Source: the human T2T-CHM13v2.0 reference genome, Homo sapiens
Reading direction: 5' to 3' (one strand)
DNA length: 64,000 nt
Assembly: GCF_009914755.1 (NCBI RefSeq)
Contig: NC_060926.1
The notes below the pieces were generated by a model. That model was not told the origin of the DNA and did not search any database. It worked only from the letters and a program-made list of their open reading frames with translations. Below, piece by piece: positions 12,071 through 25,233 of the stretch. Numbering within the stretch: the first letter of the stretch is position 1; the number at the start of each line of letters is the position of its first letter. The position numbers and the translations under genes are program-made.

Positions 12071-15000
12071 TTTTGCTGATTTTAAATAAAGAAACACTGC
12101 AAAACCCAAAGTATAAAGCCCAGAGATAAATATTTAGTTATGAATGTCCATGACTTTTATTATGAAATGAAAATGACAATGGGAAGCTGGGATTCCTAGG
12201 CTATATGACTTGCGGAAAAAAAAAAAAAGAGACACAAAAAGCAAAGTAAATTGTTTTTGCCCTATAGCCTTGACCTCATCATGACTCCAGATTCTCCACG
12301 TTTCTCCTAATGCTCTTGAATTTTTCTTCCAAAGAATATGGAAAAATCAGTCTCTAGTATTATAAATAATGATGTTACTGATGAAATAGTTACACAAAAT
12401 TAAACTAACAAAGGCTTAGATTTGCAAATAGCACAATTTTTCTTAAATAGAAGAGTAACTGAGAAATCATATTGGCAAAATTGCAAACTTCAATTACTAC
12501 CCACCCAAGACTAGACTTAGTTGAAATAATCAAACAAAATGGAAGGATTACCCCTGGTAAGATACATGACTAACTAAAAATAAACAGACAGATTAAGACA
12601 TGATGATAAAATATAGAAATAAAAAGATTGACCAGGGAAAATTGGACTTGAGAGAAATAATGACAAAATATGGTAAACAATGTCAGAGCTATAAAAGATA
12701 CAATTTTACAAAAGGAAAAATTTTCACAGTGGAGAAAACCTGACTGATGAACCTAACCACTTACATAAAATGTGTGCTGTAACAAACCCAGGAGCTGATT
12801 TCTGGAAAACATTAATAAAATAGATAGACCATTAGCTAGACTAATAAAGAAAAAAGTTCCAAATAAACACAATTAGAAATGATGAAGGGAATGTTACCAC
12901 TGACCCCATAGAAATAAAAACAACCATCAGAAACTACTACAGATAGCTCTATGCACACAAACTAGAAAACCTAGAAGAGATAAAAAATTTTCTGAACACA
13001 TATACCCTTCCAAGGCTGAGCCAGGAAGAAATGGATTCCCTAAACAGACCAACAATGAGCTCTGAAATTGAATCAGTAATAGCCTATTAACCAACCAAAT
13101 AAATAAAGAAATAAATGAGCCCAGGGCCTGATGGATTCACAGCCGAATTCTACTAGATGTAGAAGTAAGAGCTGGTACCATTCCTACTGACACTATTCCA
13201 AAAAATGAGGTGAAGGGACTTTTCTTCAGTTCATTCTGTAAGGTCAGTATCATCTTGATACCAAAAACTGGTAGAGACACAACATCAAAAAATTCAGGCC
13301 AATATCTTTAACGAACATTGATGCAAACATCCTCAACAAAGTACTTGCAAACCAAATTCAACAGAACATTTAAAAGCTTATTCACCACGATCAAGAAGGT
13401 TTCAGACCCAGGATGCAAGTTTGATTCAACATATGCAAATCAATAAATGTGATTCATCGCATACAAAGAACTAAAGACAAAAATCACATGATTATCTAAA
13501 TATACTTAGAAAAAGCTTTTAATAAAATTCAATACCCATTCGTGTTAAAAACTCTCAATAAACTAGGTTTTAAAGGAACATACCTCAAAATAAAAAGAGT
13601 CATCTATGACAAACTGACAGCTAGCATTATACGGAAAGGGCAAAAGCTGGAAGCATTCCCCTTGAAAACCAGCACAAGACAAAGGTGCCCTTTCTCATGA
13701 CTTCTATTCAAAATAGTATTGGAAGTTCTAGCCATGGCTAGAAACAATCAGGCAAGAGAAAGAAATAAAGGGAATCCAAATATGAAGAGAGAAAGTCAAA
13801 CTATCCTTTTTTGCAGACAACATGATTCTATATCTAGAAAACCCCAGAGTCTCAGCCCAAAGACTCCTTCAGCTGACAAACAACTTCAGCAAAGTTTCAG
13901 GATACAGAATCAACATACAAAAATCACTAGTATTCCTATACATCAACAACAGCCATGCCAAGAACCAAATCAGAAAGCAATCTCATTCACAATTGCTACC
14001 AAAATAATAAAATGCCTAGGAATGCAGCTAATCAATGAGGTGCAAGATCTCTACAAGGAGAACTACAAACCACTGCTCAAAGAAATTAGGAAAGACACAA
14101 ACAAATGGAAAAGCATCTGATGCTCAAGGATAGAAAGAATCAATATCACTGTAATGGCTATACTGCCCAAAGCAATTTACAGATCCAATGCTCCTCCTCT
14201 CAAACTGCCTATCATTGAAATTATTCATAGAACTAGAAAAAAAAACTATCTTAAAATTCACATGGAACCAAAAAAGAACCCAAATAGCTAAGGCAATTCT
14301 AAGCGAACAAACAAAGCTGGATGCATCATGCTACCTGACTTCAAACTATAGCACAAGGCCACAGTAACCAAATCAGAATGGTACTGGTACAAAAATAGGC
14401 ACATAGACCAACAAAACAGAATAGAGAGCCCAGAAATAAGGCTGCACACCTACAACCATCTGATCTTCAACAAAGCTGAGAAGAGTCAATGGGAAAAAGA
14501 CTCCCTATTCAATAAACGGTGCTGGGATAACTGGCTAGACATGGGCAGAAGATTGAAGCTGAACCCCTTTCTTACACCGTATACAAAAATCAACACAAGA
14601 CTTAAAGACTTAAAGGTAAAACCCAAACTATAAACAATCTGGAAGACAATCTAGGCAATCCATCATGGACACAGGCACAGGCAAATATTTCATGCTGAAG
14701 ATGCTGGAAGCAATTGAAACAAAAGCAAAAATTGACAAATGAGATCTAATTAAGAGCTTCTGCACAGCAAAATAAACTATTAACGGAGTAAATAGACAAC
14801 CTACAAAATAGGAGAAAACATTTGCAAACTATGCATCTGACAAAGGTCTAATATCCAGCATCTATAAGTAACTTATACAAATTTACAAGAAAAAACCAAA
14901 CAATACCATTAAAAAGTGTCAGATGATATGAACACACACTTTTTAAAAGAAAACATATATGAGGCCAACGAGCATATAGAAAAAAACTCACTATCACTGA

Positions 15001-15322
15001 GTATTAGAGAAATACAAATCAAAACCACAATGAGATACCATCTCAGCCCCAGTCAGAATGGCTACTATAAAAAGTCAAAAAATAGGCCAGGCACAGTGAC
15101 TCATGCCTATAATCCCAGCACTTTGGGAGGCTGAGGCGGGTGGATCATGATGTCATGAGATCAGGATCACGCTGGCTAATACGTGAAACCCAGTCTCTAC
15201 TAAAAATACAAAAAATTAGTCGGGCGTGGTGGCTGGCACCGTAGTCCCAGCTACCCAGGAGGCTGAGGCAGGAGAATGGCATGAACCCGGGAAGCAGAGC
15301 TTACAGTGAGCCAAGATTGCAC

Positions 15323-16722
15323 TGTATCCAGAATTGGTGGGTTCTGGGTCTCACTGACTTCAAGAATGAAGCCACGGACCCTAGCAGTGAGTGTTACAGT
15401 TCTTAAAGATGGTGTGTCCAGAGTTTGTTCCCTTTGATGTTCGGACGTGTTCGGAGTTTCTTCCTTCTGGTGGGTTCATGGTCTCGCTGACTTCAGGAGT
15501 GAAGCTGCAGACCTTGGTGGTGAGTGTTACAGCTCTTAAGGTGGCGCGTCTGGAGTTGTTCTTTCCTCCCATCCAGAGTTGTTCATTCCTCCTGGTGGGT
15601 TCATGGTCTCGGTCTCGCTGGCCTCTGAAGTGAAGCTGCAGACCTTCACGGTGAGTGTTACAGCTCACAAAGGCAGTGCGGACCCAAAGAGTGAGCAGTA
15701 GCAAGAGTTATTGCAAAGAGCAAAAGAACAAAGTTTCCACACTGCAGAAGGGCACTCGGGGCTGCTGGCTTGGGCAGCCTGCTTTTATTCTCTTATCTGA
15801 GCCCACCCACATCCTGCTGATTGGCCCATTTTACAGAGAGCTGATTGGTCCGTTTTGACAAGGTGCTGATTGGTGCGTTTACAATCCCTGAGCTAGACAC
15901 AGAGTGCTGATTGGTGTATTTACAATCCTCTAGCTAGACGTAAAAGTTCTCCAAGTCCCCACCAGATTAACTAGATACAGAGTGCTGATTGGTGCATCCA
16001 CGAACCCCGAGCTAGACGCAGAGTGCTGATTGGTGTATATACAATCCCCCAGCTAGACATAAAAGTTCTCCAAGTCCCCACCTGACTCAGGAGCCCAGCT
16101 GGCTTCTCCTAGGGGATCCCATGCCAGGGCCGTGGGTGCAACTGCCCGCCAGTCCTGCGCCATGCGTCTGCACTCCTCAGCCCTTGGGCGGTCGATGGGA
16201 CCGGGTGCTCCGGAGCAGGGGACGGCACCCCTTGGGGAGGCTCAGGCCGCAGTGGGAGCACACCACAGTGCGGCTCGGGCATGGCAGGCTGCAGGTCCCC
16301 AGCCCTGCCCCGCGTGAAGGCAGCTGAGGCTGGGCGAGAATTCAAGTGCGGCGTGGGTGGGCTAGCAGTGCTGGGGGACTGGGCATCCCCTCCACAGCTG
16401 CTGGCCCGGGTGCTAAGCCCCTCACTGCCCAGGCCGGCAGCTCTGGCTGGCTGCTCCCAGTGCTGGGCCCGCCCAGCCCACGCCCACATGGAACTCGCCC
16501 TGGTACTCCAGCAACGCACGCAGCCCCCGTTCCTGCCCATGCTTCTCCCTCCACACCTCCCTGCAAGCAGAGGGAGCCAGCTCAGGGCCTCAGCCAGCCC
16601 AGAGAGGGGCTCCCATAGTGTAGTGGCAGGCTGAAGGGCTCTTCAAGCGTGGCCAGAGGGGACGCCGAGGCAGAGGAGGTGCTGAGAGTGAGCAAGGGCG
16701 GCCAGCACGTTATCACCTCTCA
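15323..16722 (-). mobile_element. LTR12 (ERV9) solo LTR, long LTR12C/D/E-like form
   Basis: Ends TGTATCCAGAATTGGTGGGTTC and GCCAGCACGTTATCACCTCTCA match LTR12 termini in reverse. Contains repeated GTGCTGATTGG units, U5 repeats GTGAAGCTGCAGACCTT..GTGAGTGTTACAGCTC and a GC-rich U3. Confidence 0.95.
15750..16075 (-). promoter_or_regulatory. LTR12 promoter/enhancer region: CCAAT (NF-Y) array plus AATAAA TATA-like box
   Basis: Six CTGATTGG motifs (CCAAT on the minus strand) at ~15817, 15841, 15866, 15907, 15984 and 16026. GCTTTTATTC at 15781-15790. Function is inferred from known ERV9 LTR biology. Confidence 0.55.
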
Positions 16723-17754
16723 GTGCCACTGCACTCCAGCCTGGGGTACAGAACGAGACTCCGTCTCAAAAAAAAAATAAAAAAAGTAAAAAAATAACGG
16801 ATGCTGGCAAAGTTGCAGAGTAAAGGGAACACTTACAGACAGTTGGTGGGAGTGTAAATTAGTTTAACCGTTGTGAAAAGCAGTATGGCGATTCCTTAGA
16901 GAACTACAAGCTAAACTACCATTTACCTCAGCAATTCCATTAGTGGGTATATACTCAGAGGAATAGAAATCATTCTACCATAAAGAAATATGCATACGAA
17001 TGTTCATTGCAGCACTATTCATAATAGCAAAGACATAGAATCAACGTAAATGCCTATCATTGGCAGATTTGATAAAGAAAATGTGGTACATATAAACCAT
17101 GAAATACTATGCATCCATAAAAAAACAAAGAGATGATGTCTTTTGTGGGAACATAGATGGAGCTGGAGGCTATTATCCTCCAGCTAGCTACTAATACAGG
17201 AACTAAGTACCACACGTTCTCACTTATAGTTCGAGCTGAATGATAAGAACTTAAGAATACGAAGAAAGAAACAATAGACACTGGAGTCTACTTGAGGGTA
17301 GAGGGTGAAAGGAGGGAGAGAAGTAGAAAAGATAACTATTGGGTACTTGGCTTAATACCTGAGTGATGAAATAATCAGTACAACAAACCCTCATGACACG
17401 AGTTTACCTGTGTAACAAACCTTCACATGTACCCCTGAACCTAAAAGTTAAAAAAAAGTGAAAATGAATGAATACATAAAATGTGTGCTGCAAAGTACTG
17501 AACATGACAAAAATAGTTTGACAAAATATAAATAAAATACTAAAAATAAAAATCGCTTAAGTGAACTATGTAAAAATTGATAGTTCTTGATTTTAATGAA
17601 ATTTATTCTAGATGATATTCTCATTCTCATGAAAATGTGTCAATTTGGATAGAATTTTGACAAAAACGTATTAAACATTTTTGTAAAGCCTAAAAAATAT
17701 GGATGCAAAGCTATACTTAAGTCCTGAAACTAACCATTAAAACAAACAAAAAGC

Positions 17755-18680
17755 AAGATTTACCGAGTATTGATTATAGTTAACACTGCGAGATGCTAGA
17801 CATTTGTTATTTAAGACAGGCACAATTCCTGTCTTCATGGAACTCAAATATATTGTGATAAGTTGGCTTTTAAAAAGTAAAATAATAATCAATGTAATAA
17901 ATACTACAATTTCAATATTGGTAAAAGCCTTATAGCAAAATAATAATATGTAAGAAAGCTGAGTGATCCAAATTAAGTAAGAAAGCATTACGAATTTTTG
18001 TGGAAAGCTTCTCTGAGAAAGTAGCTTTGAAGTGGATATCTGAGGGAGAAGGAGCTAGTCTCAAAAGAAGAGCGTATTTCAAAGTCTGGGAGAAGGAAAG
18101 GCCTTAGCATATGTGAGTCAAAGGAGGGTCACATGGTGTCAGAGCGGGAATGAGAAACCAATGAGATATAGCTGAAGAACAATGCAGAGCTTTGGACTTA
18201 ACTCGTGGGGCTGATGTAAAGATTATTGGCAGGATTACAACTTATGTTTGAGGATGAAAATTGAATGAGCTCAGATTCAACAGAAGTTTACTGGAGGCAG
18301 GAGAGAGAAGACACTAGACATTACAGAGATTTAGATCAAGAATTCAGTTTCGGAAATGTTAAAGGTGACATGCCTGCTTGATATTTAAATGGGGGACTCC
18401 AATTGGGTATGAGTCTGGAATGTGCAAAATATATCTGCAATTACATGTACCTTAAGTGCCAGACTCCTGTGGGTGGTGTTAAAAGCACAGGAATGCTTGA
18501 AGGTGTAAGAAAAGATAGGAAGATAATTGAGAGGGAATCACCCAAGAAAGAGGCACTGTCTAAATCTGTATTAAGGAAGTCAATAGAAGACATTTTCAAA
18601 ACACAGAACACCATCAACTATGAAAAACACTTTTGAGATTTGGTGACGTTTGCACAGGAACAAAAATGAGGGAAGACAGA
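17755..18680 (-). mobile_element. L2 relic
   Basis: ATTTACCGAGTATT...CCTGTCTTCATGGAACTCA, GCTTCTCTGAGAAAGTAGCTTTGAAG and GAATTCAGTTTCGGAAATGTT are antisense L2 motifs. Confidence 0.6.
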
Positions 18681-18726
18681 AGCAAATACTAGACTCATTA
18701 ACATAGCTATTTTCATTATTTGCCTT

Positions 18727-21700
18727 TTAAAAATATATTTATTGTGGCAAAATATACATGACATAAAAATTACCATTTTAACTCTTTTAAGTATACAATT
18801 AAATGGCATTGGTCATTCACATCGTGCAACCACCATCACCATGCATCTCCAGAACTTCTCATCCCAAATTGAAACTATACAAATTTAACTTCCATTTGCT
18901 CCCTTCCCAGCCTTGGCAATCACTGTTATCTGCAAAGAGAAAAAATTTTACTTCTTCTCTTCCAAGTAGATGCCTTTTATTTTTTATTATTGCCTAATTG
19001 CTCTAGTTAGAACTTCCAATATTGTGTTTAATTAGAAGTGACACAAGCAGGCATTCTTGTCTTGTTATTAATCTAAGGGCAAACACTTTTGTTTTTTTTC
19101 ACTATTAACTATGATATTAGCTACAGGATTTTCCTAGCCTTTTCATATTGAAGAAGTTTATTTTTATTCCTAGTCTTTGGAGTGTTTTATTATTAAAGGC
19201 TACGGAAGTTTTTTTGTTTTTTTTTTCTGAATATATTGAGATGATTCTTTTGTTTTTGGTTTATTTTGCGGTGTGTTATTTTGCTTTTGCTTTGATTCTG
19301 TTACTAGGATGAAAATCGATTAATTTTTCCATATTGAACCACCTTTGAATTGCAGGGATAAATCTCACTTGGCCATGGTATATAATCATTTTCCTATGCT
19401 GCTGAATGTGGTTTGTTAGCATTTTGTTGAAGATTTTTAAATAAACAATTCACAAAAGGCATTGGTCTGTAGTTTTCTCATAATATTTTTGTCTGGCTTT
19501 AATATCATGATAATGCTCGCCTCATAAAATGAGTTAGAAATTGTTTCCTCCTCTGCAATTTTCTAGAATAATTTGAGAAAGATTGGTGCTAATCCTTTCA
19601 ATATTTAGTACAGTTGTGAAGCCATTTTGTCAAATAATTTTCTTTGTTGGTAAACTTTTATTATTGATTCTACTTCCTTACTAACTATAGGTCTATTCTT
19701 ATTGTCTGTTTATAATTTGGTCTTGTTAAGTTTGTGCTTCTAGGAACTTGTCTACTTCATCTAAGTCATCCAATTTGTTGGTGTACAATTATTCATAGAA
19801 CTCTCCTATAATTTTTTAATTGGTAGCAATGCTCCCACATGCAGTTCTGATTTAAGTAATTTGAGCCTTCTCCCGTTTTCCCTTAGTCAAGCTCACTCAT
19901 GTTTGCCAATTTTGTTAAGCTTTTTAAATAAAAAGTTGTGGTTTCCTTGATTTTCTATACTGTTTTTCTATTTTCTGCTTTATGTATCTCTCTTGGACCC
20001 TTTATTGTTTCATCCGTTCTGCTATTTTGGGCTTACTTTAATGCTATTTTTCTACCTTTTTAAGGTGTAAAATTGGGGTTTATAATTGAGATATTTCTTC
20101 TTTTTTAATGTAATTGATTGTGACTATACATTTTCTTTTTAGCACTGCTTTCACCAAATCCCATATGTTTTGGTATGTTGTGCTTTTATTTTAATTTGTC
20201 TGAAGGAATTTTCCAATTTCTCTTGGAATTGCTTCTTTGATCTATTGGTTTAATGGTGTGTTGTCTAATTTCCAGACACTTTTACGTTTTCCAGTGTTAC
20301 TATAATTATTGATGTCTAGCTTTATGCATTGTGATATAAAATGATACTTTCTACAATATCAGTCTTTTAAATTTTACAAAAACTTTTTTGGTATAACATA
20401 TGGACAATGATCCATGCTCAAATGAGAAAAATGGTTCTTTTTTGCCTTGTTTGCTGTTTTGTTCTGTGTATGCCTAATCCAACTGGTTTACAGAGTAGTT
20501 CAAGTTTTCTACTTCCTTATTGATCTTCCATTTGGTTGTGCTATCCATTATTGAAAATGACATATTAAAGTCTGCAACTGTTACTGTTGAACTATTATTG
20601 ATTATTATCAATTTCTGCCTTTAATTTTGTCAATCTTTGTTTCATTTATTTTCACATTTTGATGTTGACTTTATGTGTTTATAATTCATATATCTTGTTG
20701 GTTAATAGCTCTTTTATCAGTATGTAATGTTCTTCTCATCTCTTGTAATAGTTTTGGACTTCCTAATTTGCCGGATATTAGTATACACATAAAAATGCAT
20801 ATGTGTGCTTTTTTCTTAATATTTGCATAAAATGTCTCTTTTGTTTCCATTTTAACCTGTTTGTGTCTCACATCTAAAAAGAGTCTCTTGGCCGGGTGCA
20901 GTGGCTCATGCCTGTAATCCCAGCATTTTGGGAGGCTGAGTCAGGAGGATCGCTTGACCCCAGGAGTTTAAGTCGAGCCTGGGCAACACAGGGAGACCCT
21001 GTCTCTACAAAAAATAATAAAATAAGATAAAATAGAGTTTCTCATAGACAGCATAAACTTAGAACACAATTTTTTTTCCTTTTAAATATTCTGCTACTGT
21101 TGACTGGGGAGTTTAATTCATATACATTTAGAGTAAAAAATAAGTTATTTTTGCAATTTTGTTATTTTTATGTTTGCCTCATAGCATTTTTATTTCTCAT
21201 TTCTTCTATTATTGTTTTTTCATGTATACAGTTGATTTTTAGTAATATATTTTGGTTCTTTTTTCATTTCCTTTTATGTTACTGTATAGATAATTATTTG
21301 TGCTCCCTATAAAGTTTGCATATAATATCTTTAGTTATAACAATCTAATATTAATTGATAATACCTAACTTCAACTTCACAGACAAACTCCTATACAGTT
21401 CTATCTTCCACAATATTGATGATGCAAATTACATCCTTATACATTGTGTACCCACAGCATATACTTATAATCTTATATGGTTGGTCATTTAAATTATGTA
21501 GATAATACAAAGTGAAGATACTAGCAAAAATTATAAGAATAGTGGCTTTAATATTGTTTAATGTAAACTGTAGGAAACTACAGTTTACTCAAATCCAAGA
21601 TTTCTCTACCTTCATACAAGTTTGTATTACTGTCTAGTATCCTTTCATTTCGACCTGAAGAACTTCCTTTACATTACTTGCAGGCAGCTCTAGAGCAGTA

Positions 21701-23310
21701 AATTCCATCAACTTTATTATCTGGCAAGGTTTTAATTTATCTCATTTTTGCAGGACAGTTTTCCTGGATATAGAGTTCTTGGTGACTTTCTTTTTTATTC
21801 CAGCAGTTTAAATATCCCACTGTCTTGTGGCCTCCAACATTTTTTTGCTCAAAACTATGCTTAGAAACTTCTTGAAGATTTCTTATTTATGAGAAGTCAC
21901 TTCTCTCTTGCTGCATTCAAAATTGTTTTCTTGTGTTTGTCTTTCAACACTTTGATTACAATTTGTTTCAATGCAAACTGCTTTGAGTTAGTTCTATTAG
22001 ATTTTATGGAGTTTCTTATTTTTGTAGATTAATGTCTTTCCTCAAATCTAAGATGTTTTTAGCCATTATTTCTTCAAATAATCTCTCATCTGTTTTCTCT
22101 CTCCACTCTCCTTCTGGGACTTCCATAATGTATATATTGATCCACTTGATGATGTCCAAGTTTATAGGCTCTGGTCACCTTTTTTATTCTTTTGTTCTTT
22201 CAGTTCTTAGTCACAATAATTTCAACTGTCCTGTCCTCAGGTTCACTAATTCATTGTTTGTGCTCGCACAATATGCTATTGAACCTTCTACTGAATTTGT
22301 CAATTCAGTTGTACTTTTCAGCTCCAAAATATCTGTTTGGTTCCTTTTTGGTCATTACTGTTTCTTTGTTGATATTCTTATTTTTCTTAAATACTGTTTT
22401 CGTAATTTCCTTTAGTTTTTTTACTCATATTTATATTTTGCTCTTAGATACACTTATGGTAGATTCTTTATCTAGTTTGGTATTTGTATATCATCAGGGA
22501 TAATTTCTACCAATTTATTTTATTCTTTTTAGTGGATCATGTTTTTCTGTTTCTTTGTATGCTGTGTGATATATTTATATATATAAATCTGTGAGTATTT
22601 TCAGACTGCCATTTTGCCAGGACAGCCTATCATTGATTAGCTGTGCATGCTCTGAGTCTAGGGATCAGGCCAAGGTGAAAGCATTAAGCAATTTCAGAAT
22701 GTTTCTGAGCATATCTCTTGACTGGATCTGCATGTAGCTTTCTCAGTTATCCCTAATACATGGCTGCTTTTCAATTTCTTAGTCTTCCAAAGAATTTTAC
22801 TTCAGCTTTTCCTCAGGATCTTAGATGGTCTGTAGAATGATGCTACCATTATCTCTTGCAACAGGTATATGTGGATCTGTTTTTACCTTATAGCTATCAT
22901 AATCATTGGTTACTGCTTTTCCCTGCTTCAGATTTGAGTTAGATGTGACAAACATCTTTTCTTTAGATAGCATATAGATAGGTTGAAATGTTGCAAATAG
23001 TGCTAATCTGCTCCCTGCAGTTCAAGAGAGAGGAGCAGGAACCAGGTAATGCTTCCTTGATACCAAGGCCACAACACCACACCACATGGGGAGGGGATTG
23101 AGCAAGAATAAGTAAAATTGCCATGCAATTTCCTATCATTTTTAAGGTGGGCTTTCCCTAATTGGTCACTTGCTTGGTTGTTGTAAACATTTGACTGTTT
23201 TCCAGAGTTCTTATAAAGTGAGTTCATCTAATTTTTGCTCATTTATTTTGTCTTTCTAGAAAAAAATGGCTTGAAGTTTCCTAGTCAGCCATTTCATTGA
23301 CATGTATCTT
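18727..23310 (-). mobile_element. Old L1M (L1MB-like 3' end), antisense, internally deleted, spanning 3'UTR/ORF2/ORF1/5'UTR
   Basis: TTTATTGTGGCAAAATATACATGACATAAAAATTACCATTTTA is an L1MB 3' end in reverse. It is followed by T-rich antisense ORF2 and ORF1 (TTAGCCATTATTTCTTCAAATA), and CAGCCATTTT near 23290 marks the 5' end. Confidence 0.75.
20890..21029 (+). mobile_element. FLAM-type Alu monomer
   Basis: Single monomer with GGAGGATCGCTTGA..CCAGGAGTT and an A-rich tail. Degenerate TSD AAAAAGAGTCTCTT / AAATAGAGTTTCTC. Confidence 0.85.
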
Positions 23311-23361
23311 TTCACAATAATTATGAGAAGGGGATTGGCCAAAAACATCTTGCTGCTGATG

Positions 23362-23364
<3 letters not shown>

Positions 23365-23402
<38 letters not shown>
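23365..23402. repeat. (GT)19 microsatellite
   Basis: Read directly. Confidence 0.97.
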
Positions 23403-23405
<3 letters not shown>

Positions 23406-23657
23406 CATGCGTCTGTGTTCCTATTACAAGAGTGCATTGGGTTCCACCAAATTATATCTATGAATGGGAAATACCATGCTTCTTTTGTGTTTTCCTTTGT
23501 TGTAATGTTGTAAAGATAAGTTGGCTCAAGTTAATAACCATTTTTTGACACCAGGTAAATAACTAGTCATTGTGCTGAGGACTAAGCATACAAAGAGAAA
23601 TAGAATAAAATTAGCATCTAAAGGCTCTCACAGTTTAATGCTAATAAAGCCAGATCA

Positions 23658-24012
<355 letters not shown>

Positions 24013-24229
24013 TTATGGTTTGAAAGTTGCTCTGTAATAAAAATATTAATGAGGTGGGGGTAGAGGATAAAAAGGAATAGGGATGTAAGAAAATATTTCT
24101 AGATAATACAATATCTGTGCCATACATGGAGTATAAATAATTTTTTTTACTAAGACTTGTCATAGGGTCTTCAGACAAGAAAACAGTATTACAAAGATGC
24201 ATTTGTGTGATAGTTTGTTGAAAATGAAG

Positions 24230-24680
24230 GGACTCATTTATTCATTCAACAAGTGTTTCTTGAGTTGTTATTAGGTTTTAGGCACTGCCCCATGTCTGAG
24301 AATGCAGTAGTCAAAAACACAGTCTCCAAACTTATGAAATTCAAACTCCATTTGATAGGAGGTAAAAGTTAATCATGAGATTCTACTTTGGAAATCACTA
24401 AAGGCTTTGTTGAAGAACTAATGTTTGAACAATATCTTGAGAAAATTGAAGAAGTAAGCTATATGAATATGCAGGGGGAGATTGTCTTTAACTAAGGGTA
24501 CCATAACTACGACAATTTTGTAGGTAAAGTATACTTGGCCAATTAAAGAAACAACAAAAATTTCAAGGTGCTTCCTCAGTGAAAAATGTGAAAGGAAATG
24601 AAGTCACTGAGGTGCTAAGATCATGTAGCACTTTGTTGGCCATGGTAAGATTTTTCATTGTAAGTTTGAAAGTAGATGAT
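24230..24680 (-). mobile_element. L2 relic
   Basis: ACTCATTTATTCATTCAACAAGTGTTTCTTGAG...AGGCACTG, followed by L2 body motifs. Confidence 0.65.
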
Positions 24681-24851
24681 TATAGTGTCATAGGACTGTA
24701 GCGTCAAATGAAGAATTAATGGTGAACAAAGAAGTAAAGAGTTAGATAGAGCCCACATGGAAAATAACAGTTAAAAGTCATTTTGAATTTTATGTGGAAA
24801 AATCCACAAGATGTTTAATGCTCAGAAACATCATATGAAATGAGGACAGCT

Positions 24852-25142
24852 GGCTAGGCGCAGTGGCTCACGCCAGTAATCCTAGCACTTTGGGGGGCCT
24901 AGGTAGGCAGATCACGAGTTCAGGAGATCGAGACCATCCTGGCCAACGTGGTGAAACCCCATTTCTACTAAAAATATAAAAAATTAGCTGGGAGTGGTGG
25001 CACAAGTCCCAGCTACTCAGGAGGCTGAAGCAGGAGAATGGCGTGAACCCAGGAGGCGGAGCTTGCAGTGAGCCAAGATGCAGCCACTGCACTCCAGCTT
25101 GGGCGACAGAGCGAGACTCCAACTCAAAAAAAAAAAAAAAAA
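24852..25142 (+). mobile_element. Alu (Sc/Y-like)
   Basis: Full dimer with A tail. Perfect 14-bp TSD AAATGAGGACAGCT (24838-24851, 25143-25156). Confidence 0.96.
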
Positions 25143-25184
25143 AAATGAGGACAGCTAGGGGTAAGTAGATCAGCCAGCAATACA

Positions 25185-25186
<2 letters not shown>

Positions 25187-25216
<30 letters not shown>
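25187..25216. repeat. (TG)n microsatellite
   Basis: Read directly. Confidence 0.95.
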
Positions 25217-25219
<3 letters not shown>

Positions 25220-25233
25220 CTCCACACAAACTG

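Larger units (their letters stand above)
15085..16780 (+). mobile_element. AluY-like element split by LTR12 (pieces 15085-15322 and 16723-16780)
   Basis: Diagnostic CTGGCTAA(T)ACG and GAATGGCATGAACCCGGGAAGCAGAGCTT. 16-bp TSD AAAAAGTCAAAAAATA (15069-15084) / AAAAAGTAAAAAAATA (16781-16796). Confidence 0.93.
12780..17473 (+). mobile_element. 5'-truncated LINE-1 (L1PA14/15-like), interrupted by AluY and LTR12
   Basis: ORF2 fragments ([28 protein letters not shown]) and a 3'UTR. Perfect 17-bp TSD ACATAAAATGTGTGCTG at 12763-12779 and 17474-17490. Confidence 0.95.

Noticed and set aside
16109-16634. Overlapping GC-rich ORFs (up to 143 aa) as a gene
   Set aside because: They lie wholly in LTR12 U3. 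High GC suppresses stop codons in all frames and there is no recognisable domain.
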